A stretch of 64,000 nt of DNA from Bacteroidota bacterium (lineage in GTDB: Bacteria > Bacteroidota > Bacteroidia > NS11-12g > UBA955): the NCBI GenBank assembly GCA_016868535.1, contig VGGQ01000002.1, forward strand, positions 8,203 through 72,202, read 5' to 3'. Below, in pieces: positions 58,340-64,000 of this stretch (its first letter is position 1; each line of letters starts with the position of its first letter). The position numbers and the translations under genes are program-made. The notes below the pieces were generated by a model, which did not search any database, had not been told where the DNA came from, and was given only the letters and a program-made list of their open reading frames with translations.

Positions 58340-60964
58340 TCAAAGTAAATTAAGTTGTGGCTCATCTCCGGGATTAGGTATATGGTTTTGGTTGTCATCG
58401 GGCGCCGCAATTTGATGCTTATTCACGGGCGGACCTCCTATTTTCGGGCTTTCCAGCACCACTTTTTTAACCTTATTTGCAGTGAGCTTCTGTCCCTGGG
58501 TTTTCCACCCTCTCACATCCATAAATATATCCATTTGCAGGGAAAGCTCCTCCTTCTCCCCTTTTTTGTTTTCGGTGATTACCTTCATCATAGCTTGCTC
58601 AACCGTACTTGCACAAAGCAGCTGAGAACCTTTTTGTTCCGAGATAAATGGAAACTTTTTGCTCAGTGTAGTGGTTTCAATCAGAAACCGTTTCACAAAG
58701 TGATTTTTGGTTTTTCCATCCACATACACTGTGCTGATGACCTGAGAAGGATAAAACTTTTGAATCAGGTAGACCTGGTCCGGCTCATAGCGGTTGATAA
58801 GTTCGTAATTGGTGAGTTCGTAGTTACCATCTTTGTATATGACCAGCACCCGGTCTTCACCATCGAATTCCCCTAGAAACTGCCCTCTCGCCTCCCCGCT
58901 TAAACGTCCGGTCATTTCATCAAACCAGATCTTTACGCCACCCAGCGTGCTAACGCCTTTTTCCTTCAAATCCACACGGCGTATGGGATGGCGTGTGAGC
59001 AGGTTGCCCTGGGCTGTTTTACCTTTAATGGCCAGCTGTGCAAAATCGTAATCGAATTGTTTGATGCGCGCATTGGCCGTGCTACTGAGGTGTACAATAA
59101 CCCTTTCGGCTTCGCCGTTTGGATTTGCGGTAAAATAAAGTACCTCATTGCCGGCACCACCGCCGGTAGCATCATATTCCTTGTCGCGGATTAGTCCGGT
59201 AGCGTTGAACCGCTTCACCATGGCTCTTTTGGCAGCGCCGTCCCAGTAAACCACGTTGTAGGTTGTACGTTCATCGTTTTTCCGCCACACATCCACATGG
59301 ATAAGGTATTTGCCATAGAAGGCTTTATCGCTTACCCTCGATATCATATACTTACCGTTTTTACGGAAAGCAATAATGTCGTCTATGTCGCTGCAGTCGG
59401 TTATAAACTCATCCTTCTTCAACGAAGTGCCCACAAAACCCTCCCTGAGATTGGCGTAAAGCTTCACATTGGCAGCCGCCACCACGTTGGCCTCGATGGT
59501 ATCAAAGGTGCGGATTTCCGTTTTTCGCTCCTTACCCTTGCCATACTTCTTTATGAGGTTTTTAAAATAATCCACCGCATAATCTACAAGGGTATTCAGG
59601 TGGTGCTTTACCATGGCGATATCATCCTCAAGGGCGCGAATATATTCATCGGCCTTGAAGCTGTCGAACTTTGAAATACGCTTAATTTTTATTTCAGTCA
59701 GACGTACAATATCGTCTTCGGTGATCTCGCGCCGTAAGCGTGTTTTGAAAGGTTCGAGGCCTTCATCTATAGCTTTAATAACGGCTTCCCAAGTTTCGGC
59801 CTCTTCTATGTCACGGTAGATTCGGTTTTCAATAAAAAGCTTTTCAAGGCTGCTGAAATGCCATTTCCCCTCGAGTTCATGCAACTGGATTTCCAGTTCC
59901 CTTCTCAGCAAATGCAATGTATTGCGGGTGCATTCCTCCAAGATTTCATTCATTGAAAGGAACCTAGGCTTCTCATCCATTATTACGCAGGCAAGCGGCG
60001 AAATGCTTACTTCACAATCTGTGAAGGCATATAAGGCATTAATAGCCAGATCCGTGCTCACGCCCTGAGCCAGCTGTATTTCCACATCCACATTGGCAGC
60101 AGTGTTGTCAATAACCTTTTTTATCTTGATTTTACCGCTGTCGTTGGCTTTGATTATACTTTCAATCACTGAGCCTGTAGTGGTACCGAAAGGAATTTCA
60201 CGAATGTGCAGGGTGCTTTTGTCCTCAACTTCAATTTTTGCCCGGACCCTTACCCTGCCGCCTCTTTTGCCTGCATTGTACTGGCTAAAATCGGCCTGAC
60301 CACCCGTGGGAAAGTCAGGTAGAATTTGGGTTTGCTTGCCTTTAAGAATATCAATACTTGCTTCACAGAGTTCAATAAAATTATGCGGCAGAATTTTGGT
60401 GCTGAGACCCACTGCGATACCCTCCACTCCCTGGGCAAGCAGTAGCGGAAACTTCATGGGCAATGTAACCGGCTCGCGCTTGCGCCCGTCATAACTCAGT
60501 TGCCACTCAGTAGTTTTTTCATTGAAAGCCACCTCTTTGGCAAAATGGCTCAGGCGTGCTTCGATGTAACGGGGAGCAGCAGCACTGTCACCAGTGCGCA
60601 AATCTCCCCAGTTTCCCTGGGTATCGATTAGCAAATCCTTTTGACCCAGATTCACCAGTGCATCTCCAATGGCGGCATCTCCATGCGGATGATAAGCCAT
60701 GGTTGCACCGATAATATTGGCTACCTTGTTGAATCGCCCGTCATCCAATTCATACATTGCATGCAAAATCCTTCTTTGCACCGGCTTGAGACCATCCTCC
60801 ATGGCAGGAATTGCACGCTCCAGAATTACATAGGATGCATAATCCAAAAACCAGCTTCGGTATTGGGCACTGACCGGCAATACAGATCCTAGCTGACTGT
60901 CATTCTGATCAGCATTTGGATTTTCCAAACCATCATTGATATCATTAGGGCCCAGCTCAGACAC
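58340..60964 (-). CDS. parC: DNA topoisomerase IV subunit A (Bacteroidota type)
   Basis: WFLDYASYVILERAIPAMEDGLKPVQRRILHAM, YHPHGDAAIGDALVNLGQKDLLID and AAAPRYIEARLS motifs. The start is probably GTG 60964 (SELGPNDIND...) rather than TTG 61024, because TTG 61024 would overlap the divergent promoter region. Confidence 0.85.
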   Translation of the reverse strand: MSELGPNDINDGLENPNADQNDSQLGSVLPVSAQYRSWFLDYASYVILERAIPAMEDGLKPVQRRILHAMYELDDGRFNKVANIIGATMAYHPHGDAAIGDALVNLGQKDLLIDTQGNWGDLRTGDSAAAPRYIEARLSHFAKEVAFNEKTTEWQLSYDGRKREPVTLPMKFPLLLAQGVEGIAVGLSTKILPHNFIELCEASIDILKGKQTQILPDFPTGGQADFSQYNAGKRGGRVRVRAKIEVEDKSTLHIREIPFGTTTGSVIESIIKANDSGKIKIKKVIDNTAANVDVEIQLAQGVSTDLAINALYAFTDCEVSISPLACVIMDEKPRFLSMNEILEECTRNTLHLLRRELEIQLHELEGKWHFSSLEKLFIENRIYRDIEEAETWEAVIKAIDEGLEPFKTRLRREITEDDIVRLTEIKIKRISKFDSFKADEYIRALEDDIAMVKHHLNTLVDYAVDYFKNLIKKYGKGKERKTEIRTFDTIEANVVAAANVKLYANLREGFVGTSLKKDEFITDCSDIDDIIAFRKNGKYMISRVSDKAFYGKYLIHVDVWRKNDERTTYNVVYWDGAAKRAMVKRFNATGLIRDKEYDATGGGAGNEVLYFTANPNGEAERVIVHLSSTANARIKQFDYDFAQLAIKGKTAQGNLLTRHPIRRVDLKEKGVSTLGGVKIWFDEMTGRLSGEARGQFLGEFDGEDRVLVIYKDGNYELTNYELINRYEPDQVYLIQKFYPSQVISTVYVDGKTKNHFVKRFLIETTTLSKKFPFISEQKGSQLLCASTVEQAMMKVITENKKGEKEELSLQMDIFMDVRGWKTQGQKLTANKVKKVVLESPKIGGPPVNKHQIAAPDDNQNHIPNPGDEPQLNLL

Positions 60965-61098
60965 GATAAGTGCGAAAAAACATAATATCTCCCTACACTT
61001 CCATGCGAGTTGTACACAATACAACCACAGAACTACTTCAAACAGGATGATTTAAGCTATTTTTCAGATAAACTACTGCCATTTTGTCATATTAGTCT

Positions 61099-61106
61099 TA
61101 TATTTG
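61099..61106 (+). promoter_or_regulatory. candidate -7 promoter box (TATATTTG) for the sigma-54 activator / lptE pair
   Basis: Exact TAnnTTTG match, 23 nt upstream of ATG 61130. Confidence 0.4.
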
Positions 61107-61129
61107 CAATCCTGTATTCCGGGAAATTT

Positions 61130-62410
61130 ATGGAACTGATACAAGTAAAACAAAGATTTGGAATTGTAGGAAACAGCAGCATGCTGAACAATGCGTTGGA
61201 AACTGCCATACGGGTGGCTCCCACGGATATGAACGTACTGATACTAGGAGACAGCGGTGTGGGCAAGGAGAGTTTTTCCAAAGTCATACATCAGCTGAGC
61301 GGACGCAAACATGCTCCATTCATTGCGGTAAACTGCGGCGCTATTCCCGAAGGAACCATAGACAGTGAACTTTTCGGACATGAAAAAGGTGCATTTACCG
61401 GCGCAACGGATAAGCGCAAAGGTTATTTTGAAACTGTAAACGGAGGCACTATTTTTCTTGATGAAGTTGGAGAATTACCGCCTGGCACACAGGCACGCCT
61501 GCTGCGCATTCTGGAAAACGGAGAATTTATAAAAGTAGGTTCCAGCGTGGTCCAGAAAACCGATGTTCGTGTGGTTTGTGCCACCAACCGCGATTTGCTG
61601 GAAAGATCCCGTCAGGGTAAATTCAGGGAAGATCTTTACTACCGCCTTGCAACAGTTCCTATCAGGGTGCCAAAACTGGCCGAGCGACGTGAAGACATCC
61701 CGCTATTGTTCCGAAAATTCTCAAGTGATTTTACCGAGACCCACCGCAGCGGTCATATAGAGCTTACAGCGGAAGCACAGCAAATGATTTCGCAATACGC
61801 TTGGCCCGGAAATGTGCGGCAGTTAAAAAATGTGACCGAACAAATATGTGTGCTGGAAGATGCAGGAACACTTTCTGCCGAAACCGTTGCCAAATATTTG
61901 CCTCCGGTGGAACCCAGCCTACCTGTATTGTTGGGCAAAACCGAAAACTACGGCGAGGGTTTGAGCGAGAGAGACATTTTTTACAAAGTTCTCATAGACC
62001 TGAAACGGGATGTAACAGACCTGAAAAAACTGGTTTTCGGTATGTTGGAAAATCCTGTAACACCGCAGCCGGTTGTAATGAAAAGCCCTTCTTCTATTCA
62101 AAACCCAGGCCACATTCAGCTTCCCACAACCGTTGAACACCAACCGGTAAAACCTATTTCTGCAGGGGGGGCAGGTGGTGGCGTTATACTTCAAACACAA
62201 GATGAAAACTCGGTAGAATTAGAACACGAATACGTGGAAGCCGTCTCCTTCCCTGCCGCTGAAGACAGCCTGAGCCTAGAAGAAAAGGAGCTTGAAATGA
62301 TTCGCAGGGCTCTGGCCAAAAGCAAAGGCCGCAGAAAAAAAGCCGCTGAATCACTCGGAATCTCAGAAAGAACATTGTACCGCAAGATAAAACAATATGA
62401 ACTGGAGTAA
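61130..62410 (+). CDS. sigma-54-dependent transcriptional activator (AAA+ plus Fis-type HTH, no N-terminal sensory domain)
   Basis: The likely start is ATG 61130; the AAA+ domain starts within about 10 residues (FGIVGNSSML...). It has a Walker A motif (GDSGVGKE), the GAFTGA loop (GHEKGAFTGA), and a C-terminal HTH (AAESLGISERTLYRKIKQY). Confidence 0.88.
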   Translation: MELIQVKQRFGIVGNSSMLNNALETAIRVAPTDMNVLILGDSGVGKESFSKVIHQLSGRKHAPFIAVNCGAIPEGTIDSELFGHEKGAFTGATDKRKGYFETVNGGTIFLDEVGELPPGTQARLLRILENGEFIKVGSSVVQKTDVRVVCATNRDLLERSRQGKFREDLYYRLATVPIRVPKLAERREDIPLLFRKFSSDFTETHRSGHIELTAEAQQMISQYAWPGNVRQLKNVTEQICVLEDAGTLSAETVAKYLPPVEPSLPVLLGKTENYGEGLSERDIFYKVLIDLKRDVTDLKKLVFGMLENPVTPQPVVMKSPSSIQNPGHIQLPTTVEHQPVKPISAGGAGGGVILQTQDENSVELEHEYVEAVSFPAAEDSLSLEEKELEMIRRALAKSKGRRKKAAESLGISERTLYRKIKQYELE

Positions 62411-62900
62411 ATGGTTTGCTTGTGCATTGCTTTTTTCAGGTTGTGGTTTTTTTAAAGCTTATGACCCGCGCGGAACCTTTATTCCCGAGGATGTACAGAC
62501 TTTTTCTGTTGACTTTTTTAACAATGAAGCGTCCATCGTCAATCCCCAGCTGAGCCTGCAATTTACGGAGAAGTTAAAAACCAAATTCCAGTCGGAGACC
62601 AGACTGAAACTCGCAGGCAGCGACGGAGATTATAAACTGGGAGGTATAATCAAAGATTACCGGATTGAACCCGCAACACGGAATTCAAACACCGGAACTG
62701 CTGAAAACCAGCTCACCATTACCGTACGTATGGATTTTATTTGTGAAAAACATCCCGAAAAAAACAGAACCAAAGAATTTTCCTTCTTCAGAACCTATGA
62801 TGCTTCCAAAAACCTAAGCACAGTAGAAGGCATACTCTCATCGGATATTTTAGATAACATCGTACAACAAATTTTTGCAGATATAGCCTTGGACTGGTAA
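62397..62900 (+). CDS. lptE: LptE-like LPS-assembly lipoprotein
   Basis: Lipobox LLFSGC. 167 aa with a 14-nt overlap with the activator gene. As I recall it, the activator-lptE pairing is conserved in Bacteroidota; this is not verified here. Confidence 0.55.
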   Translation: MNWSKWFACALLFSGCGFFKAYDPRGTFIPEDVQTFSVDFFNNEASIVNPQLSLQFTEKLKTKFQSETRLKLAGSDGDYKLGGIIKDYRIEPATRNSNTGTAENQLTITVRMDFICEKHPEKNRTKEFSFFRTYDASKNLSTVEGILSSDILDNIVQQIFADIALDW

Positions 62901-62902
62901 TT

Positions 62903-64000
62903 GTGAACAGCGAGCATCTTTCACATATCGTAAAACAGCCGGAAAGCATAACAGGTCAGGACGCACTGGAACTGGAGGAATTGTGCCGCAAATTTCCGTC
63001 TTTCCCCATCCCGTTCATTCTGCTGTCCACATACTACCATCAAAAAGGAGACTACCGGGCAGAAGAGACCATACAAAAAGCAGCATTGCGGGTGTGGGAC
63101 AGGGCCTGGCTGGCAGATTTTGTTCAGAATAAGAAATCGGAACCTTCAATTGAACCTAAAGTACCATATGTTGAAGAGGTAATCATCACTGAAACCGTTG
63201 AAACAACTGAAGTTCTGACAGCCGATGACGATGTATCAGAGCCAATAACAGAAGCCGTACCGAATCCTGAGTTGATTCCTTCTGAAAAAGAAAACCCAAC
63301 AGAATCTGAAGTCAATACCGTTTTTTCTTTTGAACAAAATAATATTGAAGTAAAACCTAATGAGTCTGCTGATACTGTAAATTTTAAAGTGGAAGTGACT
63401 GAAACTACAGATGACAGAAAACCCAAGGAAGAGCCTGAAACAGAATTAAATTCAGTGTCATCGTTATTTATTCCCGAAGACCCGGAAGAATGGGTGTTTG
63501 ATGAGATTGAAACACTTGAAACAGGGAATGCAGCATCTATACTGGGATTTGCCGAAATAAACAAAACGGAAAACTCAGAAAACACAGCTTTTGTATTGCC
63601 GGAAATCACTGCCGGTGCGGGTGGAATGATACAGCCTGATGTGGAAACAGAAAAAGCAGTTGAAGAGAATATCTCTGAATCTGAAAATGACGAAATCACA
63701 TCCATCACGCTGGTGGCTCCTTACCGGATTGAACAATATTACCCTGGAATTCGGACGGAAAAATTAGACATACCCACAGACTTTTACAGCTGGTTGAGTA
63801 ACCCTGCCCCAGGCGATAACGAAGTGGATAGCAGTAAAAATGAATCCGAGGAAGCAATCACGAGCCGGCTTCAACAACAAAGCATCATAGACAGGTTTAT
63901 TCAGTCTGATCCGGGAGTAATCAGACCTAAAAAGGAATTCTTTACACCGGAAATTGCAGCAAAGAAAAGTGAGCACTTGCCTGAAAATATGGCCACTGAA
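62903..64000 (+). CDS. acidic low-complexity protein of unknown function (3' end outside window)
   Basis: GTG 62903 opens a frame with no stop through base 64000 (366 codons, checked codon by codon). It is E/T/S-rich in the middle and ends in the window with ...IIDRFIQSDPGVIRPKKEFFTPEIAAKKSEHLPENMATE. It is absent from the ORF track because no stop lies in the window. Confidence 0.65.
   Translation, partial: MNSEHLSHIVKQPESITGQDALELEELCRKFPSFPIPFILLSTYYHQKGDYRAEETIQKAALRVWDRAWLADFVQNKKSEPSIEPKVPYVEEVIITETVETTEVLTADDDVSEPITEAVPNPELIPSEKENPTESEVNTVFSFEQNNIEVKPNESADTVNFKVEVTETTDDRKPKEEPETELNSVSSLFIPEDPEEWVFDEIETLETGNAASILGFAEINKTENSENTAFVLPEITAGAGGMIQPDVETEKAVEENISESENDEITSITLVAPYRIEQYYPGIRTEKLDIPTDFYSWLSNPAPGDNEVDSSKNESEEAITSRLQQQSIIDRFIQSDPGVIRPKKEFFTPEIAAKKSEHLPENMATE

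Noticed and set aside
63124-63708. 194-aa minus-strand Ser-rich ORF near the window end
   Set aside because: It is the mirror image of the acidic E/T-rich plus-strand ORF that is open from 62903 to 64000. It has no independent coding features.
1-64000. Search for CRISPR arrays, IS elements, integrases, tRNA, rRNA, riboswitch-sized leaders and long direct or inverted repeats
   Set aside because: None were seen by eye. Intergenic gaps are mostly under 180 nt. The two larger gaps (2364-2797 and 5816-6374) are explained by gene remnants. A computational repeat, tRNA and Rfam scan would be needed to be certain.

Overview
This window looks like a core chromosomal segment of a Bacteroidota genome of the gliding, type IX secretion (T9SS) kind. 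The support for that placement is gldD and gldE, several T9SS C-terminal sorting domains, TAnnTTTG-type -7 promoter boxes, and the mutY-ssb-gldE-gldD and ompH-ompH-murI gene orders. The window is almost fully coding, with about 60 protein genes. I found no rRNA, tRNA, CRISPR array, transposase or integrase.

Most genes are housekeeping:
- recO, fbp, aspartate kinase, a three-domain DsbD-like protein, gmhA, a nucleoside permease, fadD, an Nfu-type Fe-S protein and radA
- murB, truB, pabB, uvrC, murI and two ompH/skp genes
- rplI-rpsR-rpsF, yidD-rnpA-rpmH, metG, RNase G and HU
- mutY-ssb-gldE-gldD, an OmpA/PD40 protein, a LOG-family protein, parC and a sigma-54 activator paired with lptE

Accessory content:
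- A partial TonB receptor with an HmuY-like lipoprotein.
- A giant multidomain T9SS cargo (1356 aa).
- A 622-aa T9SS cargo of unknown function.
- A cargo-less T9SS sorting-domain mini-protein.
- Carotenoid genes at two loci: crtZ-crtI-crtB, and a crtD-like gene with a cruF-like gene.

I do not see a convincing novel multigene system. The observations most worth a second look are:
- Three decayed genes: a frameshifted crtD-like gene, a WecA/MraY-family gene with one frameshift and two in-frame stops, and a small T9SS gene with two in-frame stops.
- An unlisted 29-codon, extremely basic ORF that resembles the bS22/mS38 class of tiny ribosomal proteins.
- A PD40 gene remnant coupled to recO.
- A perfect sigma-54 -24/-12 element inside a coding region.
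- An open reading frame running off the 3' end of the window that is missing from the ORF track.

All family assignments come from reading the translations. No searches were run.
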